Shown here: piece after piece, positions 9,304-21,826 of the stretch
Position numbering within the stretch: the stretch's first letter is position 1
Layout of the letters: every line of letters begins with the position of its first letter
Origin: Gemmatimonadota bacterium
Lineage (GTDB): Bacteria; ARS69
Direction of reading: 5' to 3'
Length of the DNA: 64,000 bases
Assembly: GCA_030747075.1 (NCBI GenBank)
Contig: JASLLL010000013.1
Coordinates: 628-64,627 of the forward strand
Made by a program: the position numbers and the translations under genes
The notes under the pieces: model-generated
What the model saw: the letters and a program-made list of their open reading frames with translations, nothing else
Told to the model about the DNA's origin: nothing
Databases searched by the model: none

Positions 9304-11166
9304 ATGGCCTATCAAGTGCTTGCTCGGAAGTGGCGACCCCAGGGGTTCGACGAGGTCGTCGGTCAAGATCACATCACGCGCACGCTTGCCAACGCCATTG
9401 ACTCCGGTCGACTGGCTCACGCCTTCCTCTTCTGCGGGCCGCGCGGCGTCGGAAAGACAACGACCGCCCGGATTCTCGCCAAGTGTCTGAACTGCGAAAA
9501 GGCCACGGACGGGCCGATCGTGGATCCGTGCAATGAGTGCCCGGCCTGCCGGGAGGTCATTGACGGCTGCAGTCTGGACATTCTGGAGATCGATGGCGCG
9601 TCCAACCGCGGAATCGATGAGATCCGGGACCTTCGCGAGAATGCCCGCTACGCGCCCAGTTCCGGCCGCGCAAAGGTGTACATCATCGACGAAGTTCATA
9701 TGCTGACCAAAGAGGCCTTCAACGCGCTTCTCAAGACGCTGGAGGAACCTCCGCCGGGCGTGTACTTCGTCTTCGCAACGACGGAAGTCCACAAGATCCC
9801 CGCGACGATCCGTTCCAGGTGCCAGCGCTACGACTTCCATCGCATCCCGGCGGATGTGATGGTGTCGTTGCTGAGCCGTCTTGCGGAGAAGGAAGGGATC
9901 CGTGTGGAGGAGTCCGCGCTGCACGAACTGGCCCGTCAGGCGGATGGGGGGTTGCGCGACGCGGAGAGCCTGCTGGACCAGGCGGCCGCCGTGGCCGCTG
10001 GAAGCATCACGGTCGAAGTGCTCCGCGAACTTCTCGGCGAAGCGGAGGAAGAGGTCTATCTGGACCTCGCCCGCGCGGTGGGGCGCTCGGATCCAGCCGG
10101 GGCGTTTCAGGTGGTGCAGGGGCTTCTGGACAGGGGGATGGATTCTTCGCGGATCGCGCTGGGCCTCGCGCGGACCTTTCGGGATCTCCTGGTCGCGTCG
10201 ACGGCCGGGAAGGACGCGGCGTTACTCGGTGTTCGGAAGGATCTGGTAGAGGCGTTTCGGGAGGTGGCTGCGGCGTTTTCAGCGGAGCGTGTGACGGCAC
10301 TTCTTACACTGGCGAACCGCACCGTGTCGGATCTGCGCCGGTCGGCGCGCCCGCGGCTGGTGCTGGAAGTGGCCGTGGCGCGAATGTGCTGTCTGGAAGA
10401 CCCCGGGAAGATCTCCGAACTGCTGGCGCGTCTGGAGGCGCTTGAAGCGTTGCTCGGCGGGGGGGATGATGGCGGAGACCCTCCTCGTCCGGCGGAAACG
10501 CCGGCTCCGGTGCCGTCGCCCGCCCCGAAGGCACGCGTCCGTAAGGACGCGCCCCCCCCGGCGGATGCGCCCCCGCGGAGCGAGGACGGCCCGCCACCGG
10601 AAGATGCGTCCCCGCGGAGCGAGGACGGCCCGCCACCGGAAGATGCCCCGCCGCGGAGCGAGGACGGCCCGCCACCGGAAGATGCCCCGCCACCGGAAGA
10701 TGCGCCGCCACCGGAAGAGGCCCCTCCGGTGGCGAGCATGGATTCTCCACCCGACCGCCGCGAACCTGCCGCTCCCGGTTCCTCTTCCGCTCCGGCCTTC
10801 TGGGAGGAGCTCTTGAAGGCCGTCCGCGGTCGGAAGATGATGCTGGCATCGTTTCTGGAGCATGGGATGCTGGGAGGTCTGGAAGACGAAGCTTTTTCCA
10901 TTGTGTTCGACAACAACTACTACGAAGGGATGGTGGGACGTCGGGAGAACCTCGGCGTGATCGAGGAGGCCATGGAAGGGATCGTCGGGCGGCGGGTCTC
11001 CTGTCGCGTCCGTACCGGCGTCGTGGCGTCGCGCCCGTCAGGGCAGGCTGGAACGAAGAGCGGTGGTCCCGCCGGAGACCTGCTTCAGGAGAACCCCGGG
11101 TTGCGCAGGATCATGAATGAACTCGGTGGGCAGATGCTCCCGGGTGACACTGAGATTGGAGGATGA
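9304..11166 (+). CDS. dnaX: DNA polymerase III subunit gamma/tau
   Basis: MAYQVLARKWRPQ, GPRGVGKTT, CNECPAC, EIDGASN, IIDEVHML, SRCQ, GGLRDA; Pro-rich linker. Confidence 0.97.
   Translation: MAYQVLARKWRPQGFDEVVGQDHITRTLANAIDSGRLAHAFLFCGPRGVGKTTTARILAKCLNCEKATDGPIVDPCNECPACREVIDGCSLDILEIDGASNRGIDEIRDLRENARYAPSSGRAKVYIIDEVHMLTKEAFNALLKTLEEPPPGVYFVFATTEVHKIPATIRSRCQRYDFHRIPADVMVSLLSRLAEKEGIRVEESALHELARQADGGLRDAESLLDQAAAVAAGSITVEVLRELLGEAEEEVYLDLARAVGRSDPAGAFQVVQGLLDRGMDSSRIALGLARTFRDLLVASTAGKDAALLGVRKDLVEAFREVAAAFSAERVTALLTLANRTVSDLRRSARPRLVLEVAVARMCCLEDPGKISELLARLEALEALLGGGDDGGDPPRPAETPAPVPSPAPKARVRKDAPPPADAPPRSEDGPPPEDASPRSEDGPPPEDAPPRSEDGPPPEDAPPPEDAPPPEEAPPVASMDSPPDRREPAAPGSSSAPAFWEELLKAVRGRKMMLASFLEHGMLGGLEDEAFSIVFDNNYYEGMVGRRENLGVIEEAMEGIVGRRVSCRVRTGVVASRPSGQAGTKSGGPAGDLLQENPGLRRIMNELGGQMLPGDTEIGG
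10564..10728 (+). repeat. Intragenic tandem repeat in the dnaX linker: 3 x 39 bp then 2-3 x 18 bp
   Basis: GATGC...GCGGAGCGAGGACGGCCCGCCACCGGAA x3 (DAPPRSEDGPPPE), then GATGCSCCGCCACCGGAA x2 (DAPPPE). Confidence 0.92.
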
Positions 11167-11167
11167 G

Positions 11168-11479
11168 TTGGATCTTCAGAAGATGATGAAACAGATGCAA
11201 AAGGCGCAGGAGAAGATGAACGCGCTGCAGGAAGAGGTCGCCGGACGGACCGTGGAGGCCACGGCCGGCGGGAACATGGTTCGCGTGGTCATGGGCGGGG
11301 ATGGCGTGCTCCATTCGATTGTCATCGACCCGGAAGTCGTGGACCCGACGGATGTGGAGATGCTGCAGGATCTGGTGGTGGCCGCTGTGAATGAGGGCAA
11401 GCGCCGCACGCAGGAACTCATGGGGCAGGAGATGCAAAGACTCGCCGGGGGCATGGGGCTCCCGCCCGGAATGCTGTAG
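11168..11479 (+). CDS. ybaB: YbaB/EbfC nucleoid-associated protein
   Basis: MMKQMQKAQEKM, AGGNMVRV, IDPEVVDPTDVEMLQDLVVAAVNE; lies between dnaX and recR; TTG start inferred. Confidence 0.93.
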   Translation: MDLQKMMKQMQKAQEKMNALQEEVAGRTVEATAGGNMVRVVMGGDGVLHSIVIDPEVVDPTDVEMLQDLVVAAVNEGKRRTQELMGQEMQRLAGGMGLPPGML

Positions 11480-11481
11480 GC

Positions 11482-12090
11482 ATGGCGGAACTGGGGTCCG
11501 AGGCACTCACGCTTCTTGCGGGAGAGTTCGCCCGCCTTCCGGGGATCGGTCGGAAGACCGCGCGCCGCCTTGCGCTCCATGTGCTGAAGGAAGAGGCATC
11601 CTATGCGGAGTCGTTCGCGGCGGCTCTGCTTTCGGTCAAACGAAGAGTGGTATTCTGCGAGACTTGCCAGAATGTGACCGAGTCCTCCCCGTGCGCCATC
11701 TGTGCAGATTCCCGCCGCGTCACAGATCTGATCTGCGTGGTGGAGGAACCGGGTGATGTGTTGGCCATCGAAGGAACCGGCGAATATCACGGCGGCTATC
11801 ATGTGCTGCACGGCGTGCTGTCTCCGCTGGATGGCGTGGGACCGGAGGGGCTTCGCGTGAAGGAACTGACCGCGCGAATGCGGGAGTCGGACATTCGCGA
11901 AGTCATTTTGGCGCTGGACCCGGATACCGAGGGCGACGCAACCTCCTTTTACCTGCACAGCCTGCTGGCTCCGCTGGGCTGCCGTGTGTCGCGGATTGCG
12001 CGGGGGATTCCGGTCGGCGGGGACTTGGAGTTTGCGGATCAGGCCACGCTGGGCCGGGCCATTCTGAGCCGAGAGAGGATGGGCGAATGA
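11482..12090 (+). CDS. recR: Recombination mediator RecR
   Basis: LPGIGRKTARRLA, CETC...CAIC zinc finger, YHVLHGVLSPLDG, Toprim EGDAT, ARGIPVGGDLEFAD. Confidence 0.96.
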   Translation: MAELGSEALTLLAGEFARLPGIGRKTARRLALHVLKEEASYAESFAAALLSVKRRVVFCETCQNVTESSPCAICADSRRVTDLICVVEEPGDVLAIEGTGEYHGGYHVLHGVLSPLDGVGPEGLRVKELTARMRESDIREVILALDPDTEGDATSFYLHSLLAPLGCRVSRIARGIPVGGDLEFADQATLGRAILSRERMGE

Positions 12091-12686
12091 CCATCTCCAA
12101 CCAACTCACGCTGTTGCGGTTGGTGCTGTCTCCGGTGTTTGTCGTGCTCCTCCTGCGCCAGACGGCCCCATCGCTCTGGCTGGCACTTCTCGTGTTCACC
12201 GTAGCGGCCCTCACCGACGCATGGGACGGACATCTTGCCCGGAGGCACGGGTGGATCAGTCGCACGGGGAAGATCCTGGATCCCATTGCCGACAAAGTTC
12301 TCGTGGGCGTGGCCTATGTTTCGTTCCTGGCGATCGGGTTGCCTTCCATGAAGTCGTGGATGGTGGCCATCATCCTCGGCCGCGAAGTGGCGGTCACGCT
12401 GCTGCGCGTCCTTGCGGGGCGGCGCGGTGTGACCATTGAGTCGAGTCGCCTCGGGAAGTGGAAGACCATCAGCCAGATGACGCTGGTGTTTGTGTTGCTG
12501 GCGCTGATGTCCGCCCGCGCGCTCGTCGACCCGTCGCCCGCGTACTGGAAGTCCCCGGGGATCGCGCCGGTCGGCACACTCCTTCTGGTAGCACTGGTCC
12601 TGGCGACCGCGGTGACCTTCGGTTCCGGAGCCGACTACTTCTGGCGCAACCGGCGGGTCTTTTCGCCGTCGAGGCCATCGCGTTGA
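12087..12686 (+). CDS. pgsA: CDP-diacylglycerol--glycerol-3-phosphate 3-phosphatidyltransferase
   Basis: NQLTLLR, TDAWDGHLAR...GKILDPIADK CDP-alcohol phosphotransferase motif, GKWKTISQM. Confidence 0.92.
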   Translation: MTISNQLTLLRLVLSPVFVVLLLRQTAPSLWLALLVFTVAALTDAWDGHLARRHGWISRTGKILDPIADKVLVGVAYVSFLAIGLPSMKSWMVAIILGREVAVTLLRVLAGRRGVTIESSRLGKWKTISQMTLVFVLLALMSARALVDPSPAYWKSPGIAPVGTLLLVALVLATAVTFGSGADYFWRNRRVFSPSRPSR

Positions 12687-13177
12687 AGCGCCTCGTGGAT
12701 GGCGTTCTGCGCGTACTGGCCACGGGGTTCTGGACGGGCTTTTTCCCGGTTGCCCCGGGGACCGCCGGGAGCCTTCTTGCGGTGGCGCTCTATGTGGCGG
12801 TGCCCGCGCTTCCTCTGGGGGCGGACGGATCGTTCCCGACCCTCGCCGGAGGGCTCTTTCTTGTGGGGCTGTTTGCTCTCGGCGTAGTGGCCTCCACGCG
12901 CGCGGAGAAGGAGTTCGGTCGAGACGGCGGACCCATCGTCCTCGACGAAGTGCTGGGCCAGTGGATCACCCTTGCCGGGCTTCGTCCGGATCCGGGGGTT
13001 CTGGTCGCGGGTTTTCTCCTCTTCCGGTTCTTCGACATTGTGAAGCCGTTCCCGGCGGGCGTCAGCCAGTCGTGGAAGGAAGGGTGGGGGGTGATGGCGG
13101 ATGATGTCTTCGCGGGTGTCTATGCGGCGCTGGCGCTGCGAGGCCTTCTTGCCCTGATGCCGGGGCTGGGAGGATAG
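12683..13177 (+). CDS. pgpA: Phosphatidylglycerophosphatase A
   Basis: PVAPGTAGS, DGGPIVLDEVLG, FRFFDIVKPFP, GWGVMADDVFAG; TTG start overlapping the pgsA stop. Confidence 0.92.
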   Translation: MKRLVDGVLRVLATGFWTGFFPVAPGTAGSLLAVALYVAVPALPLGADGSFPTLAGGLFLVGLFALGVVASTRAEKEFGRDGGPIVLDEVLGQWITLAGLRPDPGVLVAGFLLFRFFDIVKPFPAGVSQSWKEGWGVMADDVFAGVYAALALRGLLALMPGLGG

Positions 13178-13192
13178 CGCTGTGCGCACCGC

Positions 13193-13720
13193 GTGCTGGA
13201 GCGGGAAATGAAATGCACGGCGGGAGAAAACACACCTTCTGAAGAGGCGCTGGAGCGGGTCCTGGTTCGGGAACTGGAGCGGGCGGAGGAGACCCTCGCA
13301 ACGGCGGAATCCTGCACCGGAGGCGGGATTGGGGCGAGAATCACGGAGGTGCCCGGCGCGTCCGCGGTATACGCGGGCGGGGTTGTGGCGTATTCCAACC
13401 GGATCAAGGTCGCCCGACTGGGGGTGGCCGACGAGACGCTGGAGCAGTACGGTGCGGTCAGTTCCCAGGTGGCACGGGAGATGGCCGAGGGTTGCCGCAG
13501 GGCGTTTGAAGTGGACCTGAGCCTTGCGGTCACGGGCATCGCGGGCCCCGGCGGAGGACTTCCCGGCAAGCCGGTGGGGACTGTCTGGATTGCGATTTCT
13601 GATGCTGCCGGGACGACCGCCCGGGAGTTCCGGTTTTCCGGGGATCGGGGCGCTGTCCGGGAACGAAGCGTCAACAAGGCGCTCGAAATCGCGTATCGTA
13701 GGCTCCGGTCGCGCTTGTAG
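13193..13720 (+). CDS. cinA: CinA C-terminal domain / NMN amidohydrolase PncC
   Basis: [45 protein letters not shown]; upstream of recA. Confidence 0.9.
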   Translation: MLEREMKCTAGENTPSEEALERVLVRELERAEETLATAESCTGGGIGARITEVPGASAVYAGGVVAYSNRIKVARLGVADETLEQYGAVSSQVAREMAEGCRRAFEVDLSLAVTGIAGPGGGLPGKPVGTVWIAISDAAGTTAREFRFSGDRGAVRERSVNKALEIAYRRLRSRL

Positions 13721-13827
13721 CGGATCGGCTCGTTCCCCGCGGACCGAACAGTGGAGCGACGGGGTGCACCCCTCTTGCGAGGGGGCGACCTGTTGTGAAC
13801 ATGGACGACATCAACGGGAGGATGTGC

Positions 13828-14928
13828 ATGAAAGGCGGGAAGCGAGAGGTCGCCCGTCCCAAGGACCGGGACAAGGCGCTGGACCTCGCAGTCGGACAGA
13901 TCGAACGGCATTTTGGCAAAGGTTCCATCATGCGCCTCGGAGATCCAAGGCAGGCGCAAAGTGGGCCTCCGGCCATCTCCACGGGTTCCTTGTCGTTGAA
14001 TGTCGCGCTGGGCATAGGCGGCGTGCCACGCGGGAGAATCGTCGAAGTGTTCGGGCCGGAGTCTTCGGGGAAGACGACTCTGGTACTGCACATGATGGCC
14101 GAAGCTCAGAAGGCGGGTGGAACCGCGGCGTTCGTGGATGCGGAGCACGCACTGGATCCTGCCTACGCGCAGGCGCTCGGCGTGGATGTGGAGAATCTCC
14201 TTGTGTCCCAGCCGGATACGGGCGAGCAGGCGCTGGAGATCACGGACATGCTCGTGCGCTCGGCTGCAGTGGACATCATCGCGGTGGATTCCGTGGCGGC
14301 GCTGGTGCCGCGTGCGGAAATCGAAGGTGAGATGGGCGACCACAATGTCGGGCTTCAGGCGCGCCTCATGTCGCAGGCCATGCGGAAGCTGACGGGTTCG
14401 GTCTCCAAGTCGAAGACCTGCATCGTCTTCATCAACCAGATCCGCATGAAGATCGGCGTCATGTTCGGCAACCCGGAGACGACGACCGGTGGCAACGCCC
14501 TGAAGTTCTATGCCACGCAGCGCCTGGACATCCGTCGGATCGGGGCGCTCAAGGACGGCACGGTCGGGATCGGCAACCGGACGCGCGTGAAGGTCGTGAA
14601 GAACAAGCTGGCCCCGCCGTTCCGTCAGGCGGAGTTCGACATCATCTACGGAGAGGGGATCTCCTTCGTGGGAGATGTGCTCGACATGGCTACGGAGAAG
14701 GAGATCGCGGAGAAGTCCGGGACCTGGTTCTCCTATGACGGGGAGAGACTCGGTCAGGGCCGGGAGAACGCGAAGGCGTTCCTTACGGAGAATCCGGACA
14801 TTCTGGCATCCATGGAGCGGAAGGTCCGTGAGGCCTACGGTATTCCCGCGCCCGGCGGCCAGGCTCCGGCGTCGGATTCCGTAGAGACGGAGGAAGCTGC
14901 GGTTGCCGGTGCCCCCTCCGGGAAGTAG
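13828..14928 (+). CDS. recA: Recombinase RecA
   Basis: [53 protein letters not shown]; SD GGGAGG. Confidence 0.99.
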   Translation: MKGGKREVARPKDRDKALDLAVGQIERHFGKGSIMRLGDPRQAQSGPPAISTGSLSLNVALGIGGVPRGRIVEVFGPESSGKTTLVLHMMAEAQKAGGTAAFVDAEHALDPAYAQALGVDVENLLVSQPDTGEQALEITDMLVRSAAVDIIAVDSVAALVPRAEIEGEMGDHNVGLQARLMSQAMRKLTGSVSKSKTCIVFINQIRMKIGVMFGNPETTTGGNALKFYATQRLDIRRIGALKDGTVGIGNRTRVKVVKNKLAPPFRQAEFDIIYGEGISFVGDVLDMATEKEIAEKSGTWFSYDGERLGQGRENAKAFLTENPDILASMERKVREAYGIPAPGGQAPASDSVETEEAAVAGAPSGK

Positions 14929-15457
14929 CCGAAAGAAGAAACGCGGCAGGAGTGGAGGCGCGGCCCCGGCCGCGACTCCCGTCGAGATGGCCATTCGCTA
15001 TCTCGGGAGCCGGATGCGGTTCGAGTCGGAGGTCCGCTCGCACCTGAATCGCAAGGGTGTGCCCGGAGAAGCGCAGGAGGCTGCGCTGGAGCGCCTGCGG
15101 GAACTGGGGCTTCTTTCGGATCGGGACACCTGCGCGGCGTGGATCCGGGACCGGATGAACTTCTCGCCCCGGGGCACGATCCATATGCGGCGGGATCTCC
15201 TCCGCCGCGGTGTGGATCGGCAGGTGGTGGAGGACGCGCTCTCCGCCGAACTGGCACCGGGGGCGGAGACGGATCTTGCGGTTCGTGTGCTGAAGGGGCG
15301 GGCGAAGCGTTTTGTCGCAGTGTCGAAGGATGTGGCAAGGCGCAGGATGTGGTCTGTTCTCGCCGGACGGGGGTTTCCTCCGGAGGTGGTTCACGAGGCA
15401 ATAGACCGGTTCGCTGTGGACAGGGAGTCCCCTTTGGAGAGGGCAGGGGAGTTGTGA
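14903..15457 (+). CDS. recX: Regulatory protein RecX (start uncertain)
   Basis: [25 protein letters not shown]...[15 protein letters not shown]; follows recA. Confidence 0.88.
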   Translation: MPVPPPGSSRKKKRGRSGGAAPAATPVEMAIRYLGSRMRFESEVRSHLNRKGVPGEAQEAALERLRELGLLSDRDTCAAWIRDRMNFSPRGTIHMRRDLLRRGVDRQVVEDALSAELAPGAETDLAVRVLKGRAKRFVAVSKDVARRRMWSVLAGRGFPPEVVHEAIDRFAVDRESPLERAGEL

Positions 15458-15503
15458 TGGGGCGGGCAGGACCCAGCGTCGCGCCCCGGGAAGGGGAAGG
15501 CCC

Positions 15504-18202
<2,699 letters not shown>

Positions 18203-18206
<4 letters not shown>

Positions 18207-19021
18207 TCGATCTGCACTGCCATATCCTCCCCGGACTCGACGATGGTGCCGCGGATGATCACCAGGCGCTGGCCATGGCGAGAGCGGCTGTGGACATGGG
18301 CATTCAGGAGGTGGCGGCCACTTCGCACTTCGGGTTCTTCTCGTTGTTCTCCGCAGACTCCGGGAGCATTCGCGCGGAGCGGGATCGTCTGGTAGAACTC
18401 GTTGCGGCCGAGGGGATTCCTCTGGAGATTCACCCCGGTGCGGAGAACTACTACGGGGAGATGGAGCCCGCAGAGTTTGCATCGCGGGCGATCCCTCTGG
18501 CGGAAGGCCCGTATGTACTCATGGACTTCTCTTTTCGGCGGGTCCCGGAGACTCTGGCGGAGGGTCTCGCCCGGCTTCGGCAGGGGGGGCGGATCCCTGT
18601 GATCGCTCACCCGGAGCGGAATCGGGAAGTTCAGCTGCTGCCGAAGATTGTGGTGGACTGGTTGGATGCGGGAGCCATGCTGCAGGTGAATGCCTCCAGC
18701 CTGACAGGACTGCTTGGCGAAGATGCACAGTTGGCGGCGGAGACACTTCTGGCTGCGGGAGCCGTGCAGATACTCGGCTCGGATGCACACGACCTCAGCC
18801 GACGCCCGTTCTGCCTGAGCGCGGGAGAGGCGGCGGCGGCGGACATCGTGGGAGCGGATGCAGCAGCACGAATGGTACGCGATACCCCCCGGGCCGTGTT
18901 GCGCGGGGAGAAGATAGAAGTTCGGAGCCCGGATTCGGATCGGCTGAGCGGAGGAGCATCGCTCTTCGACCGGATGTTCGGGCGGGGGCGGGGCCAGACC
19001 GAGCAAGGAGATCGAGAGTGA
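18203..19021 (+). CDS. PHP-family protein-tyrosine phosphatase (CpsB/CapC/YwqE type)
   Basis: MIDLHCHILPGLDDGA, ATSH, IAHPERN, QVNASSL, GSDAH. Confidence 0.92.
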
Positions 19022-20085
19022 AAGGCCTGATTCTCTCCGGAGGGAAGGGAACACGACTGAGACCCATCACGCACACGAGTGCCAAGCAACTGGTGCCGGT
19101 CGCGAACAAGCCGATCCTCTTCTTCGCCATTGAAGCCGTGCGCGACGCGGGGGTCGAGGAGATCGGGATCGTGGTGGGGGAGACGGGTGCGGAGATTCGC
19201 GCGGCCGTGGGGGACGGGTCCGCGTTCGGCGTGAAGATCACCTACATCCCGCAGGAGAATCCGCTCGGACTGGCGCACGCCGTCAAGGTCTCGCGGGACT
19301 TCCTCGGCGAGGATCCATTTGTGATGTTTCTGGGCGACAACCTCATCAAGGACGGGATCACCCCACTGGTGGACGAGTTCCGGCGAGACGGCCCGAACTC
19401 GCAGATCCTCCTCGCGAGCGTGCCCAACCCGTCGGAGTTCGGGGTGGCGGAGATTGCGGACGGGAAGGTCGTCGGGTTGGAAGAGAAACCCGCGCAGCCG
19501 AAGTCGGAGTTCGCGCTGGTGGGCGTCTACATGTTCGACCGGAGCATTCACGAGGCGGTGGACAACATCCAGCCTTCCGCACGGGGAGAACTGGAGATCA
19601 CCGATGCCATCCAGTATCTGATCGACCACGACTTCGATGTACGCAGCCATGTCATTCGTGGCTGGTGGAAGGACACCGGGAAACTGGAGGACATGCTGGA
19701 AGCCAACCGGATTGTGCTGAGCAGTCTGGAGCGACGCATCGACGGGGAAGTGGACGATCGGAGCCGTATCATCGGAGAGGTCGTCGTGGGGAAGGGGGCG
19801 CGTGTGGAAAACTCCGAACTTCGCGGGCCGCTTATCCTGGGAGAGGGTGCGGTCGTGAAGGACTCCTATGTCGGGCCGTTCACATCCATTTCGGATCAGT
19901 GCGAAGTGCTTTCGTCGGAGGTGGAGTTCTCCATCATCCTGAAGGGCGGGCGCGTCCACGATCTGGACCGGCGTATGGAAGGGAGTCTTGTGGGGCGCAA
20001 CGCCACCATCCTCTCTTCCGCCGTCCGTCCCCGGGCGTACCGGTTCATGGTGGGCGACAACTCCGAGGTCCGGGTCCCCCGATGA
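19018..20085 (+). CDS. rfbA: Glucose-1-phosphate thymidylyltransferase, long form
   Basis: GGKGTRLRPITHTSAKQLVPVANKP, LEEKP, SARGELEITDA, WWKDTG, C-terminal hexapeptide repeats. Confidence 0.93.
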   Translation: MKGLILSGGKGTRLRPITHTSAKQLVPVANKPILFFAIEAVRDAGVEEIGIVVGETGAEIRAAVGDGSAFGVKITYIPQENPLGLAHAVKVSRDFLGEDPFVMFLGDNLIKDGITPLVDEFRRDGPNSQILLASVPNPSEFGVAEIADGKVVGLEEKPAQPKSEFALVGVYMFDRSIHEAVDNIQPSARGELEITDAIQYLIDHDFDVRSHVIRGWWKDTGKLEDMLEANRIVLSSLERRIDGEVDDRSRIIGEVVVGKGARVENSELRGPLILGEGAVVKDSYVGPFTSISDQCEVLSSEVEFSIILKGGRVHDLDRRMEGSLVGRNATILSSAVRPRAYRFMVGDNSEVRVPR

Positions 20086-20981
20086 GCGCCGAACGAGGCG
20101 GTGAGTCCGCATCTCAGGCGACGGTTCGCGTGGCGGCCACCGGGTGCGCGGGCATGCTCGGGAGGGAGCTGGGTGCAGAGGCTGCGGCGCGGGGCGTGCC
20201 GTTCACCGGGTGGGATCTTCCGGACTTTGACCTGACGGATCGAGAAGCCGTGATGCGGGAGATCGGGTCGGCGCGACCGGATGTGGTAATCCATGCCGCC
20301 GCATGGACGGATGTGGATGGCTGCGAGTCGAATCCTTCGAAGGCGTTTCTTGTGAACGGACGGGCCACGGCGCATGTCGTGGAGGCGTGCCGGGAAGCGG
20401 GGGCGCGCGTCGTCCATGTCTCCACGGACTATGTGTTCCCGGGAGACCTCGACCGCCCGTACCGCGAGGACGATCTGCCCGGTCCGCTTTCCGTCTACGG
20501 TTGGTCGAAACTTGCCGGGGAGGAAGCGGTCCGTTCGCTGGGGGACGCGGGTGCCATTGCGCGGACCGCCTGGCTGTATGCGGGCCACGGTGCGAACTTC
20601 CTCCGCACGATGCTGCGTCTCGGCCGGGAGAGGGATTCCCTGGCCGTGGTCGACGACCAGTTGGGTTCACCGACCTTTGCGGGAGATCTTGCGCGGGTGT
20701 TGCTTGATCTCGCGATCGAAGGCGGGAGCGGCACATTTCACACCACCAACACCGGTTCGGTCACCTGGCACGGCTTCGCCAGCGCCATCTTTGCGGCGGC
20801 CGGAATCGGCGTCGAAGTGAAGGCGGTGACGAGTGCGGACTTCCCCCGACCGGCTCACCGCCCCGCGAACTCCGTGTTGCTGGATTCCCGGCTTGCTGAT
20901 GCGGGGATTCATCCGATGCCGTCGTGGGAAGACGGGCTGGCCCGGTGCTTTGCGGGAATGGCGAAGGAAGGTGCGGCATGA
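20082..20981 (+). CDS. rfbD: dTDP-4-dehydrorhamnose reductase
   Basis: TGCAGMLG, HAAAWTDVDGCE, STDYVF, YGWSKLAGE, VDDQLGSPT, RPANSVL; ATG 20082. Confidence 0.93.
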   Translation: MSAERGGESASQATVRVAATGCAGMLGRELGAEAAARGVPFTGWDLPDFDLTDREAVMREIGSARPDVVIHAAAWTDVDGCESNPSKAFLVNGRATAHVVEACREAGARVVHVSTDYVFPGDLDRPYREDDLPGPLSVYGWSKLAGEEAVRSLGDAGAIARTAWLYAGHGANFLRTMLRLGRERDSLAVVDDQLGSPTFAGDLARVLLDLAIEGGSGTFHTTNTGSVTWHGFASAIFAAAGIGVEVKAVTSADFPRPAHRPANSVLLDSRLADAGIHPMPSWEDGLARCFAGMAKEGAA

Positions 20982-21826
20982 CGGAAGACAGCGCGGCAGT
21001 CATCGCGGCCGGGCGCGCGGACTACGACTCGGCGGTTCGGCGCGGCCGGGCGATCGACGAACTGAGTGAGTTGTTCCGATTTCGCCATCTGGTCGTACAG
21101 CTCGTGAAGCGGAATGTCACCTCGCGGTACAAGCGGTCATTCCTGGGACTGGCGTGGACTCTCCTTGATCCACTCCTCACGATGGGCGTGATGGCTGCCG
21201 TGTATTCCGCGATTATCCGGGATCGGGTGGAGGCCTTCCCTGTCTACATCTTGTCCGGGCTGGTGATCTGGAATTTCTTCTCGCAGTCGAGCACTCAGGC
21301 GATCACCTACTTCCTGCACGGGCGGGCGCTCCTCGGGCGCGTGTACATGCCCAAGGCGACGATGGGGGTGGCGGCGGTCGGCACCGGTTTCGTCAACCTG
21401 GTGGCGTCCATCATTCCACTGATGGTGTTCATGGTGATCTTCCGATGCCAGTTCACTCCCGCGCTGCTCTTCGTGCCGGTCGCCATTCTGCTGGCGTCTG
21501 CATTCACGCTGGGTGTCGGGCTCCTGGTGTCCGCATGGTCGGTTTTCTTCGGAGACATGGAGAACATTTTCCGGTTTCTCCTGCGGCTGGCCATGTATCT
21601 GTCCGGGATTTTCTACTCGCTGGACATCCTGCCGGAGCAGCTGAGACGGGTTGTCTGGTGTATGCCGACCTATCATCTGATTGAACTGTTCCGATCCCCC
21701 GTTCACACCGGGACTCTCCCGGACGGTCAGAGCATTCTGATTGGAGTCGCATGGTCGCTGGGTTTCCTTCTCGCAGGTTTCGGGTACTTCGCACGAAAGT
21801 CGAATGCGTATGCATACCGACTCTGA
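20978..21826 (+). CDS. wzm: Polysaccharide ABC exporter permease Wzm
   Basis: RYKRSFLGLAWTLLDPLL, six TM helices, YLSGIFYS, HLIELFR. Confidence 0.9.
   Translation: MTEDSAAVIAAGRADYDSAVRRGRAIDELSELFRFRHLVVQLVKRNVTSRYKRSFLGLAWTLLDPLLTMGVMAAVYSAIIRDRVEAFPVYILSGLVIWNFFSQSSTQAITYFLHGRALLGRVYMPKATMGVAAVGTGFVNLVASIIPLMVFMVIFRCQFTPALLFVPVAILLASAFTLGVGLLVSAWSVFFGDMENIFRFLLRLAMYLSGIFYSLDILPEQLRRVVWCMPTYHLIELFRSPVHTGTLPDGQSILIGVAWSLGFLLAGFGYFARKSNAYAYRL

Noticed and set aside
10564-10728. Direct repeats as a possible CRISPR array
   Set aside because: Repeats are contiguous, have no unique spacers, lie in frame within dnaX, and no cas genes are present.
13721-13827. Possible LexA box upstream of recA (GTTC-N10-GAAC; TGTT-GTG-AACA) and a CCCCTC/GAGGGG hairpin
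   Set aside because: Spacing matches no SOS-box consensus I know; too short to support without comparative data.
19665-20081. Long N-terminal extensions in the ORF track (rfbD from 19665, selA from 51575, PBP from 50463, GT2 from 29424, gmhA from 32643)
   Set aside because: They overlap neighbouring genes or promoters; downstream starts with SD or stop/start coupling fit the family N-termini better.
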